A DNA stretch of 63,741 nt, filler included, from Octopus bimaculoides (taxonomy: Eukaryota): the NCBI RefSeq assembly GCF_001194135.2. It is 7 parts of 6 records of this genome, joined end to end, with 100 filler letters (N's around TTAATTAATTAA, not from the genome) between each part and the next. Parts side by side here need not be neighbours in the genome. Positions count along the whole stretch, not along the records: positions 7,212 to 17,796 come from NC_069003.1; positions 17,897 to 27,077 come from NC_069001.1; 5 more parts are not named here. One strand, 5' to 3'. How positions within the stretch are numbered: the first letter of the stretch is position 1; each line of letters begins with the position of its first letter. Both the position numbers and the translations under genes were made by a program. Shown here piece by piece: positions 11,671 to 23,584 of the stretch. Below the pieces are notes generated by a model. It searched no databases, was not told where the DNA came from, and saw only the letters and a list, made by a program, of their open reading frames with translations.

Positions 11671-12321
11671 CTCTCCCCTATTGCTCTCTCTCTCTCTTGC
11701 TCTCTCTCTTGCTCTCTCGAAAGTTCTTATGACGTATTATCCTTCTTGGCTGGTAGAGATTAACCTTCTTGGCTGGTGGAGTAAATCTGTCGCTCGGTGG
11801 AGCACCACAACCTGGTCGACTCCTAGGTTGTCTTTAGCGGTCTTCACTTTGTTAGAAGCTTTATAATCAGAAAATACAGTTTCCGTATTATTAGCTTTTT
11901 TTTCTCCTTCACTGGTCTCGGAGGTTCTGCCCTATTTTTTCTTTCTCTTTCTTTTCTTTGACTGGAACATTTACAAAACAAATTTTTAAAAAAAGCATCA
12001 CCACACTGAGTTAACTTCATTAGTTTCGTATTTCATGTTTTCGTCACTGACTGTTGATCAAATATCACGTATATATTTTCTTTTTGGGTGATTATAACTT
12101 AACTTTAGTATTTCTAACAAATGTTGTTTGCATTAAAACCTTTGAATATTTCTTAATTCTGGTTTGGGAATATTATTTTCGCCTTAAGCTTAATACAGTA
12201 AAAGTAGACAACGCGAGGAAAGTTTAATAAATAAGCTTAAAACACCACCCGAAGTCCAAAAGTTTTGCCCAATCCGAGATTACGACCCATGCATTGGGTG
12301 TTATGCAACGCTGGAAGTGTA

Positions 12322-12540
12322 TCTCTTTTCTACTCTCGGCACAAGAGCCCGAAATTTTGGGGGAGGGAGCCAGTCGATTAGATCGATCCAGTACACAACT
12401 GGTACTTTATCCCCCCCCCCTCCGCAAGGTGAAAACAAAGTCGACCTCGGCGGAATTTGAACTCGGAACGTAGCGGCAGACGAAATACCGCGAAGCATTT
12501 CGCCCGGCGTGCTAACGTTTCTGCCAGCTCACCGCCTTTG
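12322..12540 (-). mobile_element. SINE family B, full length, young
   Basis: Reverse complement reads aaggcggtgagctggcagaaacgttagcacgccgggcgaaatgc...gagttcaaattccgccgaggtcgactttg. Confidence 0.93.
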
Positions 12541-12559
12541 CTGAAAGTATATCTACATC

Positions 12560-12940
12560 GGCCGTGAGTAGAAGGTCTAAATGTATCACGTTGTAAAACG
12601 CCACCGTCTTGTCCTTGGGTAGTTGTTTGAAAGCAAACCCTCCACCCAGTGTTGTACCATTATCTGGGCTTTGGGTGCTTCGGCGGATTCCACTTTGTTG
12701 CAGTCGTTCCACCAAATGCTTCGATCTGTTGGTCGATGTCTTGATGCGTGACTTCATAGGGAGGCACTTAATGACTCGTGGTTCTGTCCTTAACTCAAAA
12801 CATCCTCACTCACGAAGACGCTGCAAAGTGACCAATAGATTCCATTATTGGTACTTGAGAGCGGTATTCACCCAGGGTGGGTCAAACCGGTTCTGACCAA
12901 CGAGTTCACCACCTCCCTCCCGAATGCCGACATCATCTGA
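12560..12940 (-). mobile_element. RTE-like LINE RT 3' fragment, decayed
   Basis: Frameshifted remnants IMESI/VTLQRLR...RSK..WWND...KQLPKDKT resemble the RTE C-terminal pattern (SIE..QLRW.GH...GR.K.RW.D...LA.DR..WR). Confidence 0.45.
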
Positions 12941-13268
12941 CAGTCGGCCTTATCATTCCAGCAATCAAAATAATGCTTCTACCTGCGGCCCAAAAGATTC
13001 AGAACACAACGCATCAAGTCTAAGAATGGAACCTCTAATCTTATGATCATGACAATGACATTCTAATCACTAAACCACGCGAGCTTCCTTATAGTTTCTC
13101 AGGTAATGCGGTATTTCTTTCACTGGCTGTGCTGCTTTTCCTGGTGGTGTTTCTTTCCCTAAGGCTCTGGAAATTTAGGGGTCTTTGTAAGGCGCACAAC
13201 ATAAGAAATTTTATGACATGATTATGAATTTCTCATGGTAACCTTTCTACTTAGCGGAGAGGTCTTAC

Positions 13269-13289
13269 ATCTGTTGGCGTGGCCGCCAT
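13269..13289 (-). other. Candidate first coding mini-exon MAATPTD
   Basis: agaATGGCGGCCACGCCAACAGAT|gtaaga in a CpG-richer patch with a nearby X-box-like motif; no downstream exon firmly linked. Confidence 0.3.
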
Positions 13290-13303
13290 TCTAGCTTTCG
13301 AAC

Positions 13304-13363
<60 letters not shown>

Positions 13364-13444
13364 TCCCTCACGTGAGCATGTGTTAGAAACAGAGATTAAA
13401 CATAAAAAATGTTGTTTGTTTAAAATGAGAAGACTCAAAAGGAA

Positions 13445-13596
13445 ATGTGTGTGTATGTATGTAAGAATGTATATATGTATGCGTATGTAATATATCAATG
13501 TATGTGCGCATTAATGTATGCGTGTAAAAGTAAACTGGTGTACGAATATGCATGTATGTACGTGTGTGTGTGTGTGTGTGTGTATANNNNNNNNNN

Positions 13597-13632
<36 letters not shown>

Positions 13633-13965
13633 ATATGTACGTGTGCATATATATGTATATACATGTATGTATATATATGTACGTGTGTATATGTATATAT
13701 ACATAAATATATATACCTATGCACACGTGTGTATTTGTATATATATGAGTGTATGTATATACATGTGTGTATGTATATGTGCATATACATGTGTGCATAT
13801 ATACATGTGTGTATACATATATATTACACTGTGTGTATATGTATATACATGTATACATATGTATATATGTTTTCATATGTACGTGTATACATGTGTATAT
13901 ATGTTTATATACATGTATGTGTGTGCATATGTTTATATACGTATGTGTATCTCTTTGTGTATTTA
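13445..13965. repeat. (TA/TG/CA) microsatellite field
   Basis: Direct inspection. Confidence 0.95.
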
Positions 13966-14274
13966 AATGTTTGATTCTTCTCCCTTTTGTTTTATGATGG
14001 AGAACAAAGATTTTTATTGCAATTTAGAATCCAAAGAAATCGTTTCACTGGAATATTGCAGGGCAATTTGAGGGAGATAAGACACCGCTTTATGACAGGT
14101 ATTTCTGGCTATTTACAGAGAATCTGGCAAACTATTAGCAATACATATTCATGGATGTGTGTATGCAGACGTGAGAGTGTGTGTTGTGTGTGTGTGCAGA
14201 TATATATATATATGCACATTTATACACACAGTTGTGTATGTATGCACGTATGTATAAACATGTTGCTTCACTTT

Positions 14275-14480
14275 TTTTATTTCTTGTCTCAAGTCATTGC
14301 ACTGCGGCCATGCTGGGGTACCGCCTTAAATGGTTTAGTCGAACAAATAGAGCCTAAGGCTTTGTTTTGTGTGTGTGTGTTTTTTTTTTTTTTGAAGTCT
14401 GGTACTTATTCTATCGTTTTTTTTCTGCCGATCTGCTAAGTTGTAGAGATATAAACACTAACATTGTTTGTGAAGCGGGG
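14275..14480 (-). mobile_element. SINE family A, 3' half
   Basis: cttgtctcaagtcattgcactgcggccatgctggggtaccgcc. Confidence 0.8.
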
Positions 14481-14500
14481 GGCGGACAAACGCTGCTTAA

Positions 14501-14531
<31 letters not shown>

Positions 14532-14774
14532 CGTGTGTGTGTGTGTGTGTGTGTATATATTTTCCAATAATAATATTGTATACGATTTGAGATGTTTGCC
14601 TTGCCTTATTGTTTGTTGTCCTCTTTAACAATCATATATCTGCTGCATCGGAAATCTGCAATGGCTCCATAACTAATGTCTCGGCTATAACCTTGGAGCC
14701 ATAGTAATCCCGTACAACACTTACCTAGCGTACCTAATCGTTTAGATCACCTGTGTACTAAACCCCCTATACTT

Positions 14775-14818
<44 letters not shown>

Positions 14819-14828
14819 TACATACATA

Positions 14829-15120
14829 CAGGGTGAGCCAAGAATTACAGAACCCATAAAAATTGTATTAAATCCTGCAAACGTCCAGCAAATCTCTTGA
14901 AATTTGCTGGACTTAAGCTTCGGTCTGTGTACGATTATTCCCTTTGCATAAAAGTCATGTTCTTTTCAAAATATGCTCCAAATGGCCTCCGCGGCGTTGG
15001 AGGTACACTTGCATACGTCACGTAAACTTGTCAAATCCTCGAATACATTTCTCTTTGGAGATTTCCCCGATTCCTGCTGTAATTGCTGCCTTAAGTTCAC
15101 CAATCGTTTTGAGGGTCGTT
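14829..15120 (-). mobile_element. Tc1/mariner-superfamily transposon 3' fragment
   Basis: TA|CAGGGTG terminus; minus-strand TTLKTIGELKAAITAGIGEISKEKCIRGFDKFT*RMQVYLQRRGGHLEHIL matches the typical C-terminus (TI.EL..AI...I..I......F..R...C....GGH.EH.L). Confidence 0.85.
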
Positions 15121-15233
15121 TCTCTGTTTGTTTTTTGTTTTCGTTGTTCGAAAAAAGTTCGTTTTCTGTCTTCGTCTTTTATGTTTTCATTTCTCATTGT
15201 GTTTAACGTTTTTTTTGTGATGTCCTGTACCCA
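15120..15233 (-). repeat. Small interspersed repeat (end motif tgggtacaggacat), second copy at about 24075-24120
   Basis: tgtcctgtaccca followed by TA-rich microsatellite at both 15221 and 24107, with similar upstream aaaacgt. Confidence 0.5.
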
Positions 15234-15313
15234 TATATGTATGTATACATATAGATGTAGGTATGTACATATCTGTATGGATATATGCATATAGCTATAT
15301 ATTATTTATGTTG

Positions 15314-15351
<38 letters not shown>

Positions 15352-16032
15352 NNNNNNNNNNNNNNNNNNNNNNNNNNNNNNNNNNNNNNNNNNNNNNNNN
15401 NNNNNNNNNNNNNNNNNNNNNNNNNNNNNNNNNNNNNNNNNNNNNNNNNNNNNNNNNNNNNNNNNNNNNNNNNNNNNNNNNNNNNNNNNNNNNNNNNNNN
15501 NNNNNNNNNNNNNNNNNNNNNNNNNNNNNNNNNNNNNNNNNNNNNNNNNNNNNNNNNNNNNNNNNNNNNNNNNNNNNNNNNNNNNNNNNNNNNNNNNNNN
15601 NNNNNNNNNNNNNNNNNNNNNNNNNNNNNNNNNNNNNNNNNNNNNNNNNNNNNNNNNNNNNNNNNNNNNNNNNNNNNNNNNNNNNNNNNNNNNNNNNNNN
15701 NNNNNNNNNNNNNNNNNNNNNNNNNNNNNNNNNNNNNNNNNNNNNNNNNNNNNNNNNNNNNNNNNNNNNNNNNNNNNNNNNNNNNNNNNNNNNNNNNNNN
15801 NNNNNNNNNNNNNNNNNNNNNNNNNNNNNNNNNNNNNNNNNNNNNNNNNNNNNNNNNNNNNNNNNNNNNNNNNNNNNNNNNNNNNNNNNNNNNNNNNNNN
15901 NNNNNNNNNNNNNNNNNNNNNNNNNNNNNNNNNNNNNNNNNNNNNNNNNNNNNNNNNNNNNNNNNNNNNNNNNNNNNNNNNNNNNNNNNNNNNNNNNNNN
16001 NNNNNNNNNNNNNNTGTGTGTGTGTGTGTGTA

Positions 16033-16198
16033 CGAGAGGGTGCTGAAAAGTTCCTGGCTTTACAGGGCTTAGAAAAACTGAAGGACCGCTGCAAAAAGTG
16101 TGAATCTGAGAGGGGAATATGCTGAGTAAAATCCAAATTAACTGATCCTCCCGTATTTTCTTCTACCCAAAGCCAGGAGCCTTTTGGTACCCCCTTTC
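16033..16198 (+). mobile_element. Mariner deletion derivative (MITE)
   Basis: TA|CGAGAGGGTGCTGAAAAGTTCCTGGCTTT TIR with decayed partner aaagccaggagccttttggtacccc; internal QGLEKLKDRCKK.../LRGEYAE* resembles the mariner C-terminus; similar start again at 60735 (cut by gap). Confidence 0.85.
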
Positions 16199-16223
16199 AA
16201 TGTGTGTGTGGGGGGGGAGGAGA

Positions 16224-16504
16224 GAGTAATCCCTCGACATATCGCAGTTTATCATTTAAGCTTACGTCGATTCCTCCGTGGTGGTGTTTTGCATTTATAT
16301 TAAAATAAATATATATATACAAATTATAAAAATGATTTTAAAAAATATACAGTACTGTGCTGTTTCTACTTCGTGGATTTTCGTCTATCATGGATTTTCG
16401 TCTATCATGGATTTTCGTCTATCATGGATTTTCGTCTATCATGGATTTTCGTCTATCATGGGTGGTTTTGAAACGTAACACCCGCGGTAGTCGAGGTATT
16501 ACTA
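16224..16504. mobile_element. Tigger/pogo-type MITE, copy 1
   Basis: TIRs agtaatccctcga / tcgaggtattact; homologous to 33079-33563. Confidence 0.85.
16374..16458. repeat. 17-bp minisatellite x5 (TGGATTTTCGTCTATCA)
   Basis: Five perfect copies inside the MITE. Confidence 0.97.
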
Positions 16505-16507
16505 TAG

Positions 16508-16538
<31 letters not shown>

Positions 16539-16689
16539 TTGACAACCTATGTTATATATAGATGGCCTGGTAGGTAGATGGATTAGTTGAGATGAAAGAA
16601 TCCAGGCGTTTAGGCTGAGAAGCACTTCTGGAGACCACGGATATCTGAAAATTGCAAAAGCGGAATATCCCCTTGTAACACGGAAGTTC

Positions 16690-16775
16690 TGGGGTCGATT
16701 TGCTCGACTAAAGGTGGTGTTCCAGCATGGCCACAGGCAAATGACTGAAACAAGTAAAAGAGTATATATAAAGAG
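16690..16775 (+). mobile_element. SINE family A, 3' end
   Basis: ctggggtcgatttgctcgactaaaggtggtgttccagcatggccacaggcaaatgactgaaacaagtaaaagag. Confidence 0.85.
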
Positions 16776-17379
16776 TAGAAATTAATATTATGAAATAATA
16801 CCAATTTCAACGAGTGGTCAGTATACTTTAAAATGTCCGAGGACCGTGAATTCTATTTAAATATAAACTATATGAGAGACCACTATGTGGATCCCTTGTA
16901 TGCTGAAAATAGACGACAAACCGTCTTGCCACTAAATCTGTGTTCCCAACTTTGTCGCTAGATGCTAGTTGAGAACACAGATTTAGTAGTAAGACGGTTT
17001 GACGTCTATTTTTAGCACACAAGGAATCCACATACTGATATATTCTCCTTTTTTTTTCTCTCTAAACATACTATAAACATGTATACACGCATAGCCGATA
17101 CTGATAGAACAGAGTTAACTACATTTAGATGTAGGCCATTACAATGCAGGGCCCCTTTAAGAAATCGTGTCACACACAAACAAAGGAGGTCAGTACTTAA
17201 TAATGGTAAGATTGGGTGAGGCCGGAACTGAACAGAATAAAACAAGTCTTTCTTAAAGGACAACACTTTTTAAGACATTCTTAACCTAGATTTTGTCACC
17301 AACACAATCTTCACTTACAACCACAACAAACAACACCAATACCAACGCTCTCTCTTTTCGTTTTTCTTTAAACTTTTAT

Positions 17380-17745
17380 TTATTTATTTTTTTCGTTTGC
17401 TTGTCACTGGACTGCGGTCATGCTGGAGCGCCACGTTAAAGGGTTATTAGTCGGACAAATCGTTTCCGGTACTTCTTTTTTTTTAGTCTGACACTTAATT
17501 TATCGATCAACTTTTCCTTTTTTCTTTATTGTTGTCCAACCTCTAAGATACGGAAACGTGAACAAACCAACACCGATTGTCAATCGGTGGGGGGGGGGTG
17601 AAATAAAAAGACTCGCCCAACCGCACACGACGGGATTTCACAGTTTCCGTCTACTAAATTCACTCAGCAGAAGTCATTGGTCGACCCTGGGCTATAGTAG
17701 AAGGCACTTACCCAAGGTGCCACGTAGTGGAACTGAACCCGAATG
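17380..17745 (-). mobile_element. SINE family A
   Basis: Tail, middle and head modules in reverse complement. Confidence 0.85.
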
Positions 17746-17921
17746 CCACCCGAGCTCCTTAATCATATGGCCAACATTTTCGGGGTTTTTCCCTCCNNNN
17801 NNNNNNNNNNNNNNNNNNNNNNNNNNNNNNNNNNNNNNNNTTAATTAATTAANNNNNNNNNNNNNNNNNNNNNNNNNNNNNNNNNNNNNNNNNNNNAGTG
17901 TTCAGTCAACGGTCAATCATA

Positions 17922-17973
<52 letters not shown>

Positions 17974-20261
17974 ATAACTAATAGTGCACACGCCTATATA
18001 TATGCATACATGTACAAATATATATGCATTCGTATGCTATATATCAGGGTGCGTGTGGGTATGATTGTGTGTGTGTACATTATATATATACATGTATAAG
18101 TAAATGGAAACATACACAGAATTATATATGCTACCATACAAACATGCACACACACACACACAAATACACATACACACGCATACGTATATACATACATGTG
18201 TATACATATTATATATTATGCATACGTATAAGATACATACACAAGGATGTAGTGAGGTGCGCAGTATACAAGCACACACACATATATATATACAAAGTGA
18301 GGGAGAGAAAGAAAGGGAGACAGAAAAAGTGAGAGGGAGAGAAAGAAAATCAGAGGGAGAGAGAAAGAAAATGAGAGAGAGGGAGATAGAGATAGGTAGA
18401 CAGAGACAGTGAGAGAGAGAGAAAAAAGGAGAGAGGGCGATAGAGAGATGAAGTGAGAGAGAGAGAGAAAGAAAGAAAACGAGAGAGAGGGAGATATAGA
18501 TAGATAGATAGATAGATAGATACAGACAGACAGACCCACAGAGAGTGACAGAATTGAAATTGCAGAAATGGAAGGAGGGTAATAAGAGAAGGACAGATAG
18601 ACAACGTAAGAATTTAGAATTGGAAAATTGATGGGGAAAATGTAATCACGAAAAAACAAAAAACGAGAAATATAAAAAAAAAACTGGTTAATATGAAATT
18701 GTCTAAATTTTCGATAATTTATAGCAGAGGTGGGAAAATATTGCGTGTTTGGAACTAACCGTGCTAAAATAATAAAATAATCATTCTGCGATTAGTTGTA
18801 TGAAGAAAATGACAGTGTGTTGCAATCGTCAAAAATTAAGGCGGGATTGTGGTAGGTAGAATGTGATGGATCTCGTGTGATTGTCGAAATGTAATGGAAA
18901 TTAGCTTCCTGCTAATTCCCTCCGGATTTTCTGTGGAAGTTTTCCTGTATTAAATACTCAGTAAATTGTCTCACCAGCAAGACAGCTTATTTATAATTGT
19001 CGTCATGGTTTGTGTAGACCACGTCTCACTTTCTTGTCTTTTAAACTTTTATTGGTCTGTGAGTCACCCTCTTCCGAAGGCACTTTTAGAGTAGATTATA
19101 AATAATTGAATCAACCTTTTTCTCGCTCAATGTTTAGTACTAATGGCATATACGTCGAAACCCGTTGTAGGCTAACCAAAACAAGACAGGAAATCAACAA
19201 TTTCAACTCAAGATTTGATGAGTAAACATTAAAAAAATGAACATAATTAAATAACAATATTATTTTCCCTCCCCTCTAATAACAGGTTATGTCATAAACA
19301 GCTCCATCATATTCCTTGATTACGAAACCTAGATTTTCCTCGTTGTTCAACTTGTTCATTTTAACTCAACATAATTATATTTTTCATTTTTAATTATTTC
19401 TTTTTCGGTTTATATCATTTTTCTTCCTTTCTTTCCTCAATTTCTTTTGTTTTATTTTCTAAGAATTTAAAATGTGACGAACGAAACCATTCTTTATTTT
19501 ATTTGCTATAAACGTCATTAGTGATAACACAATCTTTTACTCTAAAGTCTGCTTCTATTTTTGAATTTGATTTCAATTCGTTTTGGTTTACACAATTTTC
19601 ATTAAATTGTTAGCACTAACTTTCAAAATACTTATCCATATANNNNNNNNNNTATATATATATATATATATATATTTATATCTCCTTTGCTGCGTTGCTG
19701 GTGGATGGGCTTGGGTAGATTGGGGATCGAGCATTTTTATCGAGTGAACAATTTGGCGGAAATGACATTAAAAGCATTTCTCTTTAAGCATCCTCTTCCG
19801 TCATATCTTTACAAAGCTAAACACTTTTCGGTTTTCACTCCTACGTTTTACAAATCACTATTATTTTACAGTATCTCCATGTCTCCTTCCGTGATTTTTT
19901 GTTTTATTTTTGCTTGCTTTATTTTGTTCTTACATTATTCTGTCCTCCTCCTTATCGCTTACAATGTTTCCCTCCTTCTCCATCTCCTTTGTCTCATTAC
20001 CTCACCATACCACTCATTATCTCACCTCTCATTCTCCCTCTCTCACTCTCTTTCTCTCTCTCTCTCTCTTTCTCTCTCTCACTCTCTCTCTCTCTCTCTG
20101 TTTCTAGTTGTCAATTCTCTAGTCTAAAACTTTTCCGTAAGTGTTTTCTCTGAATAATTTGGAAATCTGTATGGTCAAAAACAATGTGTCGGAATGGTAG
20201 ACAAAATAGCAATGACTGGTATCACATGATTCAACAAGTCTATACATCTATACATTATAGC

Positions 20262-20298
20262 CGAAGGAGTGGCTGTGTGGTAAGTAGCTCGCTTACCT
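20262..20298 (+). mobile_element. SINE family A head, abruptly truncated
   Basis: ggagtggctgtgtggtaagtagctcgcttacc followed by unrelated sequence. Confidence 0.85.
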
Positions 20299-21211
20299 CT
20301 ATCGTTGTCGGATGTGTTTGTGGTGTGTTGAGCGTTTTGTTCGGAATTGGATTGTTGCTATTGAATTTATTGTTGTCGTGCCGAATATTTTCGAATTATT
20401 GAACTGTTGATATTCTTTGTGCCTTTTCCCGGTGACGAGAGAAAGGAATTGTTTGTGCAAAGCTATTTTTGCATCATCAAATGCTAAAAAATTGAACATT
20501 ATAAAGCAGTTGTAGGCTTATCGTTGCACCCCTCCCCACAGCGGGGGTGGGATCTGAAGTGTTATCCTCGTTAAGAGTAAAAACACATCATAAGTTTCCC
20601 GTTTTGAGGGATTAATTTATGCTGTAGTATTTGTCTATTTTTGAACTGTTATCTTCGTTAAGAAGGAAAAAAAACACATATAGGTTTCCCGTCTTTAATG
20701 TGTCCTGTGCTATGTGGGAAAGCTGAATTTCGACCGTGTAGGCTTTATTGTTTAACCTATTGTCCTCAGTAAGAGGATAACCCCCCCCCCCCCCNNNNNN
20801 NNNNNNNNNNNNNNNNNNNNNNNNNNNNNNNNNNNNNNNNNNNNNNNNNNNNNNNNNNNNNNNNNNNNNNNNNNNNNNNNNNNNNNNNNNNNNNNNNNNN
20901 NNNNNNAAAAAAAAAACAGATTATAGGTTTCCCGTTTTGGATAAGTAAGCTCGTTAGAGGTTCTATTGCTACACCCCACCCCGCAGCGAGGAGTAGGATT
21001 TGAACTGTCGGTCGAAATAATTCAACAAGCAAAACCGCTGGATGACCCAGCAAAAAATTTCGCGGCAGAGGCCGCTGTATCATGTGAGAACGTGATAATA
21101 CAAACGGAGAAGCTCTCTGAGCTTTTTGAAAGAATGAAAGAGGAGGGTGAGGTGATAAAGATCTCACCCTCCCCTAGGGTTGAAAATATGAAGAGAAGGA
21201 CAGTCGTTTAG
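20299..21211 (+). mobile_element. Probable LINE 5' region: repeated-monomer UTR plus ORF1 start
   Basis: Three about 45-bp monomers (tgttatcctcgttaag...cacat.ata.gtttcccgt) and two ccccRcagcgRggRgtRggatYtgaa motifs, then an open frame SVEIIQQAKPLDD...MKRRTVV*. Confidence 0.45.
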
Positions 21212-22489
21212 AAAATAGCGACACAAGTGTTTCACGTGTTGATAAATATTATTAACCTTATACCGAAAGCATTAACAATATACTATTAAACAATAAACCG
21301 TTATGCAATAATTAATTTTAGCAGAAACAGTAAAGAGGTCGCAGTTTCGAGCGACGAAAATTTGGACAACATATTACGTTACGTGAAGTTGACGTTCTTT
21401 GTGTGTCTGTGAATATCTAACTTATGTGTTTCACTCTCAGATCGCCAATTTTATTTTCATTGTTTTCCCTATACAAGAACGGAAGATAACTGCGTATGTG
21501 TTCCGTTCGGTTTTACTCTTAATCTCATTATCGAATCATAGCCTTTAATATGCTAGCCAATATATTGATGAAATAATCAGTGAGTAAACTTTACAAGATT
21601 GTGCGCTCGGTGTTGCAGTATAATTGCAATACCCTGAGAATTGATAATTCATAAACATCAACCGTATGGAAAATAATAGTTGAATCAGTGTGAACATATA
21701 TAAATGTTGATCACAGCGATAATATGTCATTCATATGTATGAAACCTTAGATAGTTGTGTCAGGAGACTGGTATATTGTACCACAGAGTAAAATTTGAAT
21801 ATTAGTCTTATCGGTTTGTAGTATTTGCTATTAAAATGTATGTATATGTACAATGTATGCTATTCTTTGTATATGCAAATTGTGTGATCGAGACTTCACT
21901 CTCACCGTAGTTACTTAAAATTCTAGAATTTGTTAATGTTTCGTATCAGCAGATGTGAGTACAACGAACTAATATGGTGGTCACTTAGTAATAAAAATAT
22001 CGGTTAAATCTCTTGGCAATTACGTACAACTTACGAAGAGTAAACAAAAGTTCAAAGAATAACTCTCCAAAAGAAGAGGCCTACGGGAGTTAGTCATGGA
22101 AACCCCATAACACCTACAGTCAACATCATCACGAACGCAAGCGGCTTTTCCAGTTGCTCTTCTCTAATCGAGAAGCAAATGCTTAGTACAGGCCTGCCAC
22201 TCTCATTGACCTTTGCAATTGTTGAGAGGCAGCACTTACCGCTCTGCCCTAATTTGCTTTGAAACTTGACCTAAGGGGAAGTTACCTGACCCCAAGCATT
22301 TCAGTCTCAACATTCACATAACCTCTAAGGGCTGCCAGCCGTTCCGGGCCAAACAAACTGTAAGATGCTCTTGACAATAAACTTAGCTGATAACCAAATC
22401 CGTCGACATGTAACAACTGCTGGTCCACATAACTCCACAACACAGCAACGCTCAGATAGCGGGTGAATAATCCGATGAATAATCCGATA

Positions 22490-23172
22490 AGGCGGCGAGC
22501 TGGCAGAAACGGGCGAAATACTTAACGGTATTTCGTCTGTCGTTACGTTCTGAGTTCAAATTCCGCCGAGGTCGACTTTGCCTTTCATCCTTTCGGGGTC
22601 GATAAATTAAGTACCAGTTACGCACTGGGGTCGATGTAATCGACTTAATCCGTTTATCTGTCCTTGTTTGTCCCCANNNNNNNNNNNNNNNNNNNNNNNN
22701 NNNNNNNNNNNNNNNNNNNNNNNNNNNNNNNNNNNNNNNNNNNNNNNNNNNNNNNNNNNNNNNNNNNNNNNNNNNNNNNNNNNNNNNNNNNNNNNNNNNN
22801 NNNNNNNNNNNNNNNNNNNNNNNNNNNNNNNNNNNNNNNNNNNNNNNNNNNNNNNNNNNNNNNNNNNNNNNNNNNNNNNNNNNNNNNNNNNNNNNNNNNN
22901 NNNNNNNNNNNNGTAATCGACTTAATCCGTTCGTCTGTTCTTGTTTGTTCCCTCTACGTTTAGCCCCTTGTGGGCAATGACAAAATAGGTATTTCGTCTG
23001 CCGTTACGTTCTGAGTTCAAATTCCACCGAGGTCGACTTTGCCTTTCATCCTTTCGGGGTCGATTAAATAAGTACCAGTTACGCACTGGGGTCGATGTAA
23101 TCGACTTAATCCGTTTATCTGTCCTTGTTTGTCCCCACTATGTTTGGCCCCTTGTGGGCAATAAAAAAAAAT
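22490..23172 (+). mobile_element. Tandem array of SINE B units (LINE-tail variant), spanning a gap
   Basis: Full unit from 22490, a unit tail at 22913-22987, and a unit lacking its first 40 nt at 22988-23172; all very close to consensus. Confidence 0.93.
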
Positions 23173-23362
23173 AATCCGTTGATCTCAACAATTAGTTTGT
23201 TTGTTAGCAAAGATGTATAATTGATAACTGGCTTTCTATAATTATTACTTAGATTTCTCTCACATATACACACAAAAACATAGATTCTCATGCATTGACA
23301 CACACATATATGCATATCTATAATGTTTACACCTATCTATATGTCTCTGTAGTGCCTACGCT

Positions 23363-23570
23363 TGCGAGACCAATAGGATCGCTGCTGCAGAAGACCGGAG
23401 ACAAGCCAGGAAGAACAGAACTAACAACTCTGTAGCAGGCGCTGCCATTCCCTGTCGAAACTGTCAAAGACTCTTTCGGGTGCAGATTGGCCTCACTAGC
23501 CATCTGCGAACTCACAAAAGAAGCCCACCCCCACCCCAGGATGATTAGATGGTCTTCGTCGCATCAACGN
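23363..23570 (+). mobile_element. RTE-clade LINE 3' end
   Basis: CETNRIAAAEDRRQARKNRTNNSVAGAAIPCRNCQRLFRVQIGLTSHLRTHKRSPPPPQDD* (C-x2-C-x12-H-x3-H with RTE-typical IGL.SH.R.H) then tail atggtcttcgtcgcatcaacg. Confidence 0.88.
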
Positions 23571-23584
23571 NNNNNNNNNATATA

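Noticed and set aside
12512-12757. 81-aa minus-strand ORF as a host exon
   Set aside because: It ends inside a SINE B head, lacks a good donor, and neighbouring frames give RTE-like RT remnants.
14661-14702. 9-bp inverted repeat ATGGCTCCA/TGGAGCCAT, possible pre-miRNA
   Set aside because: Stem too short and the 24-nt interior is largely unpaired.
16374-16458. Regular 17-bp array as a CRISPR-like locus
   Set aside because: No spacers, eukaryotic context, and it lies inside a MITE.
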